Source: a bacterium
Lineage (GTDB): Bacteria > UBA8248
Assembly (NCBI GenBank): GCA_965202625.1
Contig: CBDBBI010000010.1
Coordinates: 896,001 to 960,000, forward strand
Direction: 5' to 3'
Length of the DNA: 64,000 nucleotides
In this document: positions 9,940 to 20,694 of the stretch, piece by piece
How positions within the stretch are numbered: position 1 is the first letter of the stretch
Layout of the letters: each line of letters starts with the position of its first letter
The notes under the pieces: generated by a model
The model's database searches: none
The model's input: only the letters and a program-made list of their open reading frames with translations
Told to the model about the DNA's origin: nothing
Program-made: the position numbers and the translations under genes

Positions 9940-11700
9940 TCAAATATTCTCATTGGGGGGCTTTTTATATTTTTCGAGGTGTAGCCGAATTTTTTCTCTC
10001 AGTTTTTCATTTTTGGGATCCGCCTCGGAGGCGCGCCTCCAATACAGAAGCGCCTTGGGGTGATCACGCAAGGCAAGATATATATCGCCCAAGTGTTCGA
10101 GGACAACAGCATCCTTCGGCATCATCGTCGCCGCATGGCGCACCTTTGTGAGCGCTTCCTCAAAGCGACCTTGGCGGTAATAAATCCACCCGATGCTATC
10201 GAGAAAAGCGGCATTCTCAGGCTCAATCGCCAGTGCGCGATCCAAGAGTCGTTCGGCCTCGTCCAGGTTCTTGTCGAGCTCGGAGAACATGTAGCCCAAT
10301 AGGTTCAGGGCGTTCACATATCTTGGATTTTTTTGAATAATTCTCCTCGCCGCCCTCTCTACGTCGTCCCAGTGCTTGAGCTCGTAAAACGCCGTGGCGA
10401 GGGAATACAAATAATTTACCTCCTCTGGTTTTAACTCTACCGCTCTTTGAAAATGGGGGAGGGCTTCGGCGAACCTTTTTTGTCTGACTAGGAGCAGACC
10501 ACGCGTATAAAACAGTCGTTCCTTCTCAGGGTGGCGCTCCTCGGCTTTATCCAAAACCTCATCCGCCTTATTCCACTCCTCCTGCTCAGAGTATAATCGA
10601 ACGAGTTGAATGTGCGCATCCAACGATTCAGGTACCAAAGACAACAGATTGAGAAGCTCCTCCTCTGCGTGCGCATATTGCTTCAACTCCCGATAAATCG
10701 CCGCAACGTACCGACGAACAATTTCGTCTTTCGGGTTTCTCCCCAAAACGAAACGAAACTCTCGAAGTGCATTCTGATATTCTTTTTGCTCAAAACTCAA
10801 AAAACCGAGAGTCCGATGGACGTTCACATTCCCGGGTTCCTCTGAGCTGAGCACTTTGAATTCCATGAGCGCCCGTTTTAATTTCTTCTTTCGGATATAA
10901 AGCTGTCCCAAGCGAGAACGAACGATTCTGTTGGTGGGTTCGATTGCTTGCGCTTTTTTATAGATGTTCTCCGCCTCGTTGAATTTCTCTTGCGCCTCAT
11001 AGATTCTGGCAAGCAGGAGCATTCCTCGTATAAATCTCGGGCGTCGCTCAAGGAGGCTGAAAATCTCCTTCGCCGCCTCTCCGTATCTTTTCAAGCCTGC
11101 ATAGGCTTGCGCCAGATAATACCTGCCGAGCACGGCCCTCCTCCCTGAGGCGACGAGAATCTTGAACGCCTCTGCAGCCTCAAGAAATTTACCCAACTCC
11201 AGAAAGGTGGTGCCCAAGAGCAGGCGCGTCTCTGGATGATCGGGGCTTATCTTCAACAGTTTTTGATAAGTCGCGACGGCTTTATCGAGCCTCATCCGAG
11301 AAGCGTATATAGCACCTAGAACAAAGTGAGCCTCAAGGTTTCCGGCATCCTGCGCCGTCGCCTTGAAAGCGATTTCCTCTGCTTCTGCCAGTTTCCCCTG
11401 CCGGACGAGAAGCGACGCCAGCCGAGTCAACAAAAAAGAAGAGTGGGGGTTATACCGTACCGATCGAGAATAAGATGCGCTCGCCTCCTCCATGTTGCCC
11501 GCCAACTCTTCTCGATATCCGGCGATGAAATGAAAATAGGACTTCGCTACTCCTGCCACTTTGTCCGGAAGCGCGTGAAGTTTGCGGGCGGGCGTGAGCC
11601 TCGCCCTCTCTACTTGTCCTAAGCATCCCGATAAAATCAGGACAACAAGCAACAAAACCTTGCGATTGAACCTCAGCATAAGATGCGACCTCTCCAGCAA
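9940..11700 (-). CDS. TPR-repeat lipoprotein
   Basis: Lipobox LSGC; many TPR repeats; ALNLLGY...FLDSIGWIYYRQG...EHLGDIY C-terminus typical of the family upstream of lolB. Confidence 0.9.
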   Translation of the reverse strand: MLERSHLMLRFNRKVLLLVVLILSGCLGQVERARLTPARKLHALPDKVAGVAKSYFHFIAGYREELAGNMEEASASYSRSVRYNPHSSFLLTRLASLLVRQGKLAEAEEIAFKATAQDAGNLEAHFVLGAIYASRMRLDKAVATYQKLLKISPDHPETRLLLGTTFLELGKFLEAAEAFKILVASGRRAVLGRYYLAQAYAGLKRYGEAAKEIFSLLERRPRFIRGMLLLARIYEAQEKFNEAENIYKKAQAIEPTNRIVRSRLGQLYIRKKKLKRALMEFKVLSSEEPGNVNVHRTLGFLSFEQKEYQNALREFRFVLGRNPKDEIVRRYVAAIYRELKQYAHAEEELLNLLSLVPESLDAHIQLVRLYSEQEEWNKADEVLDKAEERHPEKERLFYTRGLLLVRQKRFAEALPHFQRAVELKPEEVNYLYSLATAFYELKHWDDVERAARRIIQKNPRYVNALNLLGYMFSELDKNLDEAERLLDRALAIEPENAAFLDSIGWIYYRQGRFEEALTKVRHAATMMPKDAVVLEHLGDIYLALRDHPKALLYWRRASEADPKNEKLREKIRLHLEKYKKPPNENI

Positions 11701-11710
11701 TTTCGTGTCC

Positions 11711-12208
11711 CTATTTCAAGGAATTCTCCTGAGTGCGAATATGGCGAATGAGTTTTTCCGCCGCTTGCTGCAACTGCGCATCTCCCATATCAGCGATGGC
11801 GTTTTTAATCGCAGCGTCATCGCACGAGGAAATCGACGGCGCTTTTCTGTATAACACCGCCGCTTCGTCCATCTCTTCCTCACCTCGAAATGCGAGGTCA
11901 CAATTTGAAAGCCGGAAGCGAATCTCACTGATACGAGAATCCTCCAGATGCTCATTGATTTTCGCGATCAATTCCCGTTTCTTGAACTCGAGCTCATGCA
12001 GCCAGGTCGAATCTCCGACTTCTACGTATAAGCAATCCTTGTTGAGGAAGACCGGCCGCGCCGCCCGAGAGATGCCCTTCCCCACGGCCTTCGGCCAGAC
12101 CCGAAACACGAAATTCTTGGCCAGTCGCCTGCCCCAGGGCTCGTTTGCACGCAACTCTCTCAGGATAGATGAAAACGCCCGGGGTTTCGAGAACCGACGT
12201 CTATCCAC
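11711..12208 (-). CDS. DciA / DUF721 family protein (putative helicase loader)
   Basis: WPKAVGKGI...LYVEVGDSTWLHEL...LIAKINEHL...IRF pattern. Confidence 0.8.
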   Translation of the reverse strand: MDRRRFSKPRAFSSILRELRANEPWGRRLAKNFVFRVWPKAVGKGISRAARPVFLNKDCLYVEVGDSTWLHELEFKKRELIAKINEHLEDSRISEIRFRLSNCDLAFRGEEEMDEAAVLYRKAPSISSCDDAAIKNAIADMGDAQLQQAAEKLIRHIRTQENSLK

Positions 12209-12898
12209 TCAGCCACTCCTTATCTCAGGATCCATGGCGATTCCGTTACTTTGAAGCATGAGAATTTCCTTCATCACGCGGTCAATGATCCTTTGACTCG
12301 CCTCTTTCGTGTTGTCGATTGCATATTCGTCCCTCAAATCTATCGGCGCGCCAAATCGTATTTCAATTCTCGCGCCTGGGCGCGGTATAGATTTCCCCAC
12401 CGGAATCACTTGATCGGTCCCCCTCAAGGCGACAGGGATGACCGTGGGTGTGGTATTTTTCACGATTCGGCCCACCATGCGATTCCCCTGACCGAGACGA
12501 CCGTCCAGGCTCCGCGTACCCTCCGGATACAATATCACCTTTCCTTCATTGATGTATTCCTCAATCATGCGTATAGATTTTCTATCCGCCCCACCTCGCT
12601 TGATAGGAAAACCCCGCCACTTGTTCAATATCCAGCCCACGATGGGCATTTCAAAAAGCTCTTCTTTTCCTGCCTGACGAATCAGCTCATCGGGATACTT
12701 TGAATAGATCGCCCAAGGTACCACTAGGACATCCAGGGCGGAGATGTGGTTACATAGAAAAAGGATTCTCCCGCCCGGAGGAATGTGCTCCATTCCAATG
12801 ATTTTGGAACTCGAGAATAGGCGCACCAAAATACTTACAAAGATGCGTCCCATCCTTATCATCAGCCGCTCGATCCATAGACCCCTGCCTGCGCTCAA
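12209..12898 (-). CDS. plsC: 1-acyl-sn-glycerol-3-phosphate acyltransferase family
   Basis: NHISALD (HX4D) and YPEGTRS motifs. Confidence 0.88.
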   Translation of the reverse strand: MSAGRGLWIERLMIRMGRIFVSILVRLFSSSKIIGMEHIPPGGRILFLCNHISALDVLVVPWAIYSKYPDELIRQAGKEELFEMPIVGWILNKWRGFPIKRGGADRKSIRMIEEYINEGKVILYPEGTRSLDGRLGQGNRMVGRIVKNTTPTVIPVALRGTDQVIPVGKSIPRPGARIEIRFGAPIDLRDEYAIDNTKEASQRIIDRVMKEILMLQSNGIAMDPEIRSG

Positions 12899-13146
12899 AT
12901 CGAAAGTCTCCCCTCAGGTATAGACAAAGAATCGACGAACGCTATGATTTTCCATGGTCAAACCACCTAGAGATATATTGAGCGCAGCAAAAACGCGCGA
13001 AGAAGCCACGGGACCATTATATCCGCTCATAATGGAGAATGACACAAGTGGGAATGAAAAACGGTATTTGCCCGGTGAACAATGGGGTGCAATAATCCGC
13101 TCGCTTGGAGGGTATGGACGGACGCCCACGAGAGGAGTTTTGCGTT

Positions 13147-14523
13147 TTGGACATCAACCCCCTAATTTTCAGGGAATACGACATTCGGGGCGTGGTGGGG
13201 AGCGACCTCACTTGTAGAATTGTCGAAACGATCGGGGGCGCCCTCGGTACGCACCTGGGCGGTGCGCAAGGGGCCACCATCGCCATCGGGCGGGACAACC
13301 GCCTCTCCTCGCCCACCTTTTACGATGCTCTTCGACAAGGTCTCACTCGCGCGGGCTGCCGTGTCGTCGGAGTCGGCATGGTACCCACCCCAGTGGTCTC
13401 CTTCGCCACGCATCACCTCGACGTGGCGGGAGCTGCACAAGTCACCGGATCTCATAATCCTCCGGAATTCAATGGTTTCAAGATTACCCGGGGCCACGAG
13501 GCGATTCATGGAGAGGAAATCCAGGCACTCAGACGCATCATTAAGGAAGATCGAATCCATCAAGCCGAGATACAGGGAGCATTCGAAGAAATCGACCTCC
13601 GACCCGACTACATCGAGCGCGCCTCAAAGGATTTGACACTCTCAAGGCCCATCAAGGTCGTGCTGGACGCGGGGAACGGCATCAGCGGTGTAGTGGCACC
13701 TCAAGTATTGAGAAACATCGGGGCCGAGGTGGTCGAATTGTTCACCGAACCCGATGGAAACTACCCGAATCATCACCCTGACCCCACGGTCGCCGAGAAC
13801 CTCGAATCCTTGATAACGAAAGTCCAGCAAACGGGTGCTGAAGTGGGAATCGGCTTAGACGGCGACGGCGACCGCATGGGCGCGGTGGACGCCACGGGCA
13901 GAATCATCTGGGGAGACGAACTGCTCATCCTGCTCGCAGCACCGATTCTGGCCCATCACCCGGGCGAGGCCATCGTCTTCGACGTGAAGTGCTCATCGCG
14001 TCTGTCCGAAGCAGTGAAACAGATGGGCGGCCGTCCGGTGATGAGCGCTACGGGACACTCGCTTTTGCGGGCCAAGATATTGGAGGAGGCGGCCCCCCTA
14101 GGCGGCGAGCTCTCTGGACACATTTTTTTCGTGGATGGCTATCTCGGCTATGACGATGCCATCTACGCTTCGGCCAGGCTTTTGCACCTTCTTTGCGCAT
14201 CCGAGGAAACGCTCACCGAGCGCGTCTCGAAAATCCCCGCTTCGATCTCCACGCCCGAGATCAGGGTGGATTGTCCAGATGAGGCGAAATTCGACATTGT
14301 CGAGAAACTCAAAAATCATTTCAAAAGCCGATACGAAACCATCGAAGTCGATGGCGTGCGCATCAACTTCAAGAAGGGCTGGGGACTTGTTCGCGCCTCG
14401 AACACGCAGCCCGTTCTTGTAATGCGCTTCGAGGCGCTTGACGAAACTTCCCTTCAGGCATATCAGCGCGAAGTATACGAGGAGATCAAAAAATACCCCG
14501 CCGCCTCCCTCCCAGATGCGTAG
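13147..14523 (+). CDS. Phosphomannomutase/phosphoglucomutase
   Basis: IFREYDIRG, TGSHNP, DGDGDR, GELSGHIFF and VRASNT motifs; start placed at TTG 13147 behind GAGGAG. Confidence 0.96.
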   Translation: MDINPLIFREYDIRGVVGSDLTCRIVETIGGALGTHLGGAQGATIAIGRDNRLSSPTFYDALRQGLTRAGCRVVGVGMVPTPVVSFATHHLDVAGAAQVTGSHNPPEFNGFKITRGHEAIHGEEIQALRRIIKEDRIHQAEIQGAFEEIDLRPDYIERASKDLTLSRPIKVVLDAGNGISGVVAPQVLRNIGAEVVELFTEPDGNYPNHHPDPTVAENLESLITKVQQTGAEVGIGLDGDGDRMGAVDATGRIIWGDELLILLAAPILAHHPGEAIVFDVKCSSRLSEAVKQMGGRPVMSATGHSLLRAKILEEAAPLGGELSGHIFFVDGYLGYDDAIYASARLLHLLCASEETLTERVSKIPASISTPEIRVDCPDEAKFDIVEKLKNHFKSRYETIEVDGVRINFKKGWGLVRASNTQPVLVMRFEALDETSLQAYQREVYEEIKKYPAASLPDA

Positions 14524-15103
14524 CCTTCGTGCGCTTTACGACTGGGTCCTGAGCTGGGCGGATTCCCGCTACGGCGTCCCCGCCCTCATCGTTCTATCGA
14601 GCACAGAATCTATATTTTTCCCGATACCACCCGATCCGCTCCTTATCGCCCTGTCCCTCTCCAGGCCGCGCAAAGCGTTTCTTTACGCCGCCTTGTGCTC
14701 CGCATCCTCCGTCCTGGGTGGAGTCTTGGGCTACTTCATCGGCTTCTATCTCCTCAAGAGCATTGGCGATCCCATCATCGCACTCTACGGCGTCGCCGAG
14801 AAATACCAGATCGTTCAAGAATATTACCGGGCCTACGACGCCTGGGCGATCGGTATCGCCGGCTTCACGCCGATTCCCTATAAAGTGTTCACCATCTCGG
14901 CGGGCGCGTTCCACATCAATTTTCTCGTTTTCCTCATCGCCTCCATCCTGAGCCGCTCCACGCGCTTCTTCATTGAAGCTGCGCTCATCCATCGCTTCGG
15001 CCCGTCCATCAAGAGTTTTATCGAACGCTACTTTAATTTGTTGACTATGGTATTTATTGTATTACTCGTGGTTGGTTTTTTCCTTTTCAAAGGAATCCTC
15101 TAG
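14516..15103 (+). CDS. YqaA / DedA (VTT domain) membrane protein
   Basis: LYDWVLSWA, ESIFFPIPPD and GFTPIPYKVFTI motifs. Confidence 0.88.
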   Translation: MRSLRALYDWVLSWADSRYGVPALIVLSSTESIFFPIPPDPLLIALSLSRPRKAFLYAALCSASSVLGGVLGYFIGFYLLKSIGDPIIALYGVAEKYQIVQEYYRAYDAWAIGIAGFTPIPYKVFTISAGAFHINFLVFLIASILSRSTRFFIEAALIHRFGPSIKSFIERYFNLLTMVFIVLLVVGFFLFKGIL

Positions 15104-16212
15104 TGGCCAGGCGGAGCGTTTTGCCCCTTTGGGCGGTCATTATGGCTGGAGGCACAGGAACGCGCTTTTGGCCCGTGAGCAGACAATCGAGACCCAAGCA
15201 ATTTCTGCCCCTAGGCGGAGGCTCTCCCACGAAAATCTCCGGTCCATCCCTGCTCCAACTTACGCTGAGGCGACTGGGTGGCCTCGTCCCGCCCGGCCGA
15301 ACGCTCATCATGGCTTCGAAGGCACACAAAAAACATCTTGCGAACCTCAAGGTGCCCAGAAGCAACATCGTCTATGAGCCAGAAACGAGGAACACGGCGC
15401 CATGCCTTGGCTTGGCGGCCCATCTCATTGAATCACAGGCGCCAGGAGCGCTGGTGTGCGCTCTTCCCGCAGATCATTTCATCGCCAGGACGAAAGCGTT
15501 TCGAAAATTCATCAAGACGAGCGCGAGGCTGGCGGACGAGCGCGAAGTCATCGTCACCCTTGGGCTGAAACCTAAGTCGCCTGAAACGGGTTTTGGCTAC
15601 ATTGAACGCGACCGGCGTCTCACGCTCTCGGGAGGCATCGAGGCATTCAGCATAAAAAGATTCAAGGAAAAACCTTCTCTCTCCCAAGCACAGAAGTATG
15701 TACGATCGGGAAAACACTATTGGAACAGCGGTATTTTCATTCTCAGGGCCGCTCGCGTGATCGCAGAACTCGACGCCCATCTACCCCTAACGAGCGCATC
15801 GCTACGCCAGGCGTCATTCGCATATCAAAAGCGCGACGCCGCCTCTTTCGCCAAGTTCTTCAAACAGTGCGAATCGCTCAGCATCGATTGCGCGGTGATG
15901 GAAAAGGCGCGCGGTATCGTCGTTTTACCAGCCGATATCGGCTGGAGCGACTTAGGCTCCTGGCCCGCGCTCAGAGAGGTTTTGCCGCGCGATGAGGCAG
16001 GCAACCTGTGGATGCTGCCAAAGGGAAGCAAAACGAAAATAATCGACGCCCAGAATCTCATCGTGCGCGCCAACAAGTCTTTCATCGCCGCCATCGGTGT
16101 TGAGGACATCATTCTCGTCGAGACAGAGGACGCGCTCCTCATCTGCTCAAGCGAGAATGCGCAACAGGTCGGCCAAATGATCAAAAACCTGGACCAAACC
16201 AAATTTCTATAA
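15103..16212 (+). CDS. manC: Mannose-1-phosphate guanylyltransferase (no C-terminal isomerase cupin)
   Basis: MAGGTGTRFWPVSR..PKQFL, EPETRNTAP, PADH, FKEKP, WNSGIF and WSDLGSW motifs. Confidence 0.93.
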   Translation: MARRSVLPLWAVIMAGGTGTRFWPVSRQSRPKQFLPLGGGSPTKISGPSLLQLTLRRLGGLVPPGRTLIMASKAHKKHLANLKVPRSNIVYEPETRNTAPCLGLAAHLIESQAPGALVCALPADHFIARTKAFRKFIKTSARLADEREVIVTLGLKPKSPETGFGYIERDRRLTLSGGIEAFSIKRFKEKPSLSQAQKYVRSGKHYWNSGIFILRAARVIAELDAHLPLTSASLRQASFAYQKRDAASFAKFFKQCESLSIDCAVMEKARGIVVLPADIGWSDLGSWPALREVLPRDEAGNLWMLPKGSKTKIIDAQNLIVRANKSFIAAIGVEDIILVETEDALLICSSENAQQVGQMIKNLDQTKFL

Positions 16213-16234
16213 ACCGCGCTTCGGAAACGTCCAC

Positions 16235-17041
16235 ATGCTTTGGGAACACGCTCTCCTTCTAGGCATCCTTCAAGGTCTCACTGAATTTCTGCCGGTCAGC
16301 AGTTCGGGACATCTCGTTCTCGGAAAGAGCATTCTCGGGCTGAGAAAACCGGAATTGATTTTCGACATATTGCTCCATGTCGGCACGCTCGCCGCCGTAT
16401 TGACGTTCTATGGAAAAGATCTGTGGCGCATCGCACGAGACTGGGGCTTGTCCCTAGCGGGCAAACCCCCGAGCGACGGCACATCCAGGATGGGCTGGCT
16501 TTTGATCCTCGGTTCCATCCCTGCGGGAATCGCAGGCGTTTTTTTGGATGATTTCGTAGAGAAAATGTTCGCCGCCCCAAAGCTCGCCGCTTGCGCACTG
16601 ATCTTCACCGGCGGAATTCTACATTTCAGCCGACCAAAGCAAGACGCGCGCCGGGGAGAGGACAAGATGACGGCGAAAGACGCCTTGCTCATCGGCCTAT
16701 TCCAGGCATTCGCCATCATTCCGGGCGTCTCTCGCTCAGGCACGACCATCGCCGTCGCTCTCATCCGCGGAGTGGCACGCGAACAAGCTGCGCGCTTTAG
16801 CTTCTTGCTCTCTGTGCCGGCGATTTCGGGCGCCTTCATACTCAAGGTAAAAGATTTTGAGGGAACTCTCGACGCGAATCTGCTTCCCTATGCAGTTGGC
16901 GCCGCCGCTTCGGCCATCGTAGGAGTCGTGGCCCTGGGCTGGCTCATCAAGTTCGTGAGAGGTGGCAAATTGGCCCGCTTCCGCTTCTACTGCTGGGGGG
17001 CAGGCACGCTCTCCCTTGTCTACCTGTTCACGAAAGGGTAG
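16235..17041 (+). CDS. uppP: Undecaprenyl-diphosphate phosphatase
   Basis: QGLTEFLPVSSSGHL and PGVSRSGTT motifs. Confidence 0.96.
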   Translation: MLWEHALLLGILQGLTEFLPVSSSGHLVLGKSILGLRKPELIFDILLHVGTLAAVLTFYGKDLWRIARDWGLSLAGKPPSDGTSRMGWLLILGSIPAGIAGVFLDDFVEKMFAAPKLAACALIFTGGILHFSRPKQDARRGEDKMTAKDALLIGLFQAFAIIPGVSRSGTTIAVALIRGVAREQAARFSFLLSVPAISGAFILKVKDFEGTLDANLLPYAVGAAASAIVGVVALGWLIKFVRGGKLARFRFYCWGAGTLSLVYLFTKG

Positions 17042-17053
17042 CGACGGACTCGC

Positions 17054-17668
17054 CTAGCGCATGGGCGAGAACGAAGCAGGCACCCAAATCTCTGTGTTCT
17101 GCGCATCCAAGAACGGACGGGAACCAGGAGGCCAGTTTGGCAGTTCGTGCGCTCTCTTGCGCACCTCGGCGCGATGATTCATGTCGTCATACGCCCAGAC
17201 ATGAATCCATTGATTCAAAGGGCCCATTTCGGTCATGAAACACGCCGCCAAGCGAGAGAGTTCCTCTCTCGCCGCGATATGCTCGGTCCACCGGCTCAGG
17301 ACTTCGTTCATCTTACCGGGACGAACAGCGTAAGTTCTGAACTCATATACACTGCCCAACATCCCTTGGCGCGGCTCTTTTCGGAACGACGGTGTTGTGA
17401 GAATCTTGCTTTCCTGCTCCAGAATCAGATGTCCGTTGGGCGGCGGCCACCAGTCCAGCGCCATCGTCTTCGCCCTCACCTCCGCGCGGTGATCCGAATT
17501 TTCATATTTCCAGATGTGCATGATGCGATTCAAATCCCCGACCTCGGCATGGAAGAATCCCACGATTGGGGACAGTTCGTTTCTCTGCTCGATGACCTTT
17601 GAAAAATTCTCTTCAAACTCAGCAACACCACCCACGGTCAACCTATAAACGCGCATTTCGTACAACAT
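17054..17668 (-). CDS. NIPSNAP family protein (two domains)
   Basis: Duplicated YExRxY...GxLNxxxHxWxY..xxHRAEVR repeats; true start ATG 17668 (the upstream ORF extension is livF debris). Confidence 0.9.
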   Translation of the reverse strand: MLYEMRVYRLTVGGVAEFEENFSKVIEQRNELSPIVGFFHAEVGDLNRIMHIWKYENSDHRAEVRAKTMALDWWPPPNGHLILEQESKILTTPSFRKEPRQGMLGSVYEFRTYAVRPGKMNEVLSRWTEHIAAREELSRLAACFMTEMGPLNQWIHVWAYDDMNHRAEVRKRAHELPNWPPGSRPFLDAQNTEIWVPASFSPMR

Positions 17669-17843
17669 CGGTTTTCCTCCCAAATGATGCAAAATACAAC
17701 TGTTCGCCCAAAGTGTAGACCTTGACGACTCAATAGGCAAGAACGCAAAGGCTTCAACCACTCGGTCAAGTCTTTCAAGAACGTCCGACAAGCCCCGCAG
17801 AACCTCGGGCTCGGCGACTCGATAGAGCGCATAAAAGCGCATC

Positions 17844-18503
17844 CTATTCGCCCAGATAGGCCTCTCGGACGACCGGTGAATCCCGAAAACGTCCGGCCTA
17901 TCGCCCATGAGGATTCGCCCCGTTTCCATCACATACAACCAACCCGAGGAACTGAGTCCGAGGTGCGCGTTTTATTCAACGAGGAAAATACTCGTCCCCT
18001 CATAGCAAATTCTCGTCAAAACCTCGAAGATGGTTTCCATAATCTTAGGTGCTAGTCCAAGCGAGGGTTCATCCAGCAGAAAAAGCCGGGGTCTCGCCAT
18101 GAGTGCCCGGCCGATGGTCAACATTTGCTGCTCTCCGCCAGAGAGTGTGCCGCCCTTTTGGGCACTCCGCTCATACAAAACGGGAAACAGGGAACAGACA
18201 TAATCGAGGTCGCTTCTCACGCGCTCGGCGTCTTATCCTAAAAAAGCACCTGCCCTCAGGGACTTCGCAAATGCCGCGCTTCACGATCTCAGCCGGATCT
18301 TGGGTATGAATGACCTCCCCCTCAAACAATATCTCGCCTTTGGATATGGCGTTCACGCCGCAGATCGCCATCAAGGTGGAAGATTTGCCCGCTCCGTTGC
18401 TGTCGATAAGACAAACAGTCTGTCCGGGGCACACTTCCAATGATACGCCCTGAAGGGCGTGGATGTGGCCATACTAGAAATGAACGTCCCGCAACTCAAG
18501 TAT
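17844..18503 (-). pseudogene. livF: LivF ABC ATPase, broken
   Basis: ILELRDVHF*YGHIHAL start, [29 protein letters not shown] and EAYLGE end, spread over several frames with stops. Confidence 0.9.
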
Positions 18504-19271
18504 GAAAAGTCCCTAGATAGGCCTCCAACACTTTTGGATCCTGCCTCACTTGAACAGGAGTTCCAGCCGCAATTTTCTGTCCATAATCTAAAACGACCAC
18601 GCAGTCTAAAATACCCATGATCGCCTTCATATCGTGTTCGATCAACAAGATGGTGACGCCTCGATCTTAAATCGCCAGTATCAACTCATTCAAAACGCCC
18701 TTCTCGCGCGGGTTCATGCCGGCGGCGGGTTCGTCCAGCAGCAGGAGACGAGGTTCACTCGCAAGGGCACGCGCGCAATCTCCAAGCGTCTTTGATCGCT
18801 GTAGGAAAGCGCTTCCGCCACGCTCAAGGCGTAGGCTTCGATACCCGTGAACTCAACAACTCCATGGCGCGCGCGGCCGCCTGCCCCTCTTCCGCCACCA
18901 CCCTCCCCAGGCGCAGAATCACCCCAATCAGACCTGCGCACATTCTCGAGTGCCGCCCGACCAAAACGTTCTCCAGCACCGTCATGTGTTGCGAAACAAG
19001 CGAACGTTCTGAAACGTACGCGCGATACCCCGACTCGTGATGGCGCTTGGCTTGAGCCCCACCACGCTTTGGCCCTCGAAGAAGACGCCACCTTCCATAG
19101 GTGTGCACAAACCCGTCACAACGTTAAAGGCGGTTGTCTTGCCGACGCCGTTTAGACCGATGAGGCACAGCACTTCGCACGCACCTCCAAGTCCAACGAA
19201 TCCAAGGCAACCACCCCGCCGAAGCGCCGAGTCAGCCCCCGACATTCCAAAAGACACGCCCCTTCTGTCAT
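18496..19271 (-). pseudogene. livG: LivG ABC ATPase, broken
   Basis: MTEGACLLECRGLTRRFGGVVAL, GLNGVGKTT, GIARTFQNVRLF, LSYSDQRRLEIAR and VLEAYLG in different frames. Confidence 0.9.
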
Positions 19272-20290
19272 CTCCCCAAGTCCTCTTCCTCCTAAGAGGT
19301 GTCAATAACATGGAGACGGCGGTGGCGTTTGACCCGCAGGAGCCTCTGAGGTCTGAGCACCATTGCGCCTCACAGAAGCATGGGGCGGAAAAGCGTCAAT
19401 TCCCTCAGCACTTCCTGTAACACGGTGAGAATCAACGCGCCGAGCACTACGCTCGGAATGCTCCCCATACCGCCTAGCACGACCATGCCCAAAATAATCA
19501 CCGATTCAAAAAACGTAAAACTCTCCGCGGAGATGAAGGTTTGTTTGGAGGCAAAAACGACGCCGCTGAATACGGCCCAGGCCGCCCCGAAAACGAAAGC
19601 AGATAGTTTCGCGTATACGACGCCCATGCACTCGTCGACCGTCTCATCCTCGCGCATGGCCACTCAAACGCGGCCTAGCGATTTTTGTCGAGGCGATTCA
19701 AAACGAAGATGGTGAAAACGCAGAAAAAGAGAACAAGGTAGTAAAAGTGCATGGGTTTATACAGGCGCATCTCGCCCAGGAAAGGACGCCCAATGCCCAA
19801 AACGCCATTCGGACCTTGCGTCACGTTGTCCCAGTTGTTCAGGACCAAGTGGATGATCTCGCCAAAGCCGAGTGTGACTATCGCGAGATAATCGCCCCTG
19901 AGCCGGCAAGACGGGAATTCCAAGCAGAATTCCGAACAATGTGGCGAAAGCGACACCTAGCCCCAAGGAGGACAAAAAGAAGAGCCCGGCCCAAGTGTTC
20001 AGCAACGCTTAGGAGTAAGCTCCTACGGCGTAAAAGACTACATAGCCCAAATCCAGAAGGCCAGCGAAGCCCAACCACCACGTTGAGCCCCAAGGAGAGC
20101 AGGATATAAATGCCGGCGATGACAAGCACATCGGTGGAATAGCAGTCAAGTATCCAAGGAAGCGTGGGCAGAAAAAGCAGGAAAAAACACCAGTAGCGTC
20201 TGTCGAGGGATTTCTCCTCACTAAAACCCCAGGCGGACGAGAGGTTCTCTTTCATGCGTTCTGTGGGGCCCGCCAGCAAGCCGGATTCCA
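19268..20290 (-). pseudogene. livM: LivM permease, broken
   Basis: LGLNVVVG, GLLDLGYV, RLRGDYLAIVTLGFGEI and MVVLGGMGSI fragments in at least four frames; 5' boundary approximate. Confidence 0.9.
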
Positions 20291-20299
20291 CGCTCGCCC

Positions 20300-20625
20300 G
20301 CGTCAGCCTCACCACGCATGACGACGGCGGCGCAGCCAAAACCTATCCAGAAGCTATTTTCCAACCCGCAAAGAGCAAAGCAAAAAAAGCGAACTACAAA
20401 CCAATTAAAAGGACTCTGGCATAATCGCTCATGTTCGCTCCACCCGCCCTGAACCGCCAAAACGGCGATACACACGTATGTGCCTATCATATGGATTTCG
20501 CCATGAGCGAAATTGCTCAAGTGCAAAATTCCATAAACGAGCGTATAGCCCAAGGCGATGAGGGCATATACGGCACCCACGACGAGGCCATTCGCCAGCT
20601 GTTGCGCAAATATAGGAAAACCTTC
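20300..20625 (-). pseudogene. livH: LivH permease, N-terminal remnant
   Basis: GAVYALIALGYTLVYGILHLSNFAHGE; only about 0.3 kb remains. Confidence 0.85.
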
Positions 20626-20641
20626 AAATCGTTATGGAAAA

Positions 20642-20669
20642 GAAAGGGAGGCTCTCGCGCCTCCCTTTC
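20642..20669 (-). terminator. Stem-loop / terminator between livK and livH
   Basis: Perfect 11 bp inverted repeat GAAAGGGAGGC/GCCTCCCTTTC, followed on the minus strand by TTTT. Confidence 0.75.
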
Positions 20670-20694
20670 GAGCATTCTTCACGACAATGTTTTT

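Noticed and set aside
17844-20625. Sequencing-error explanation for the fragmented genes
   Set aside because: Lesions include stops and large deletions and are confined to accessory genes while neighbouring core genes are clean; not formally excluded without reads
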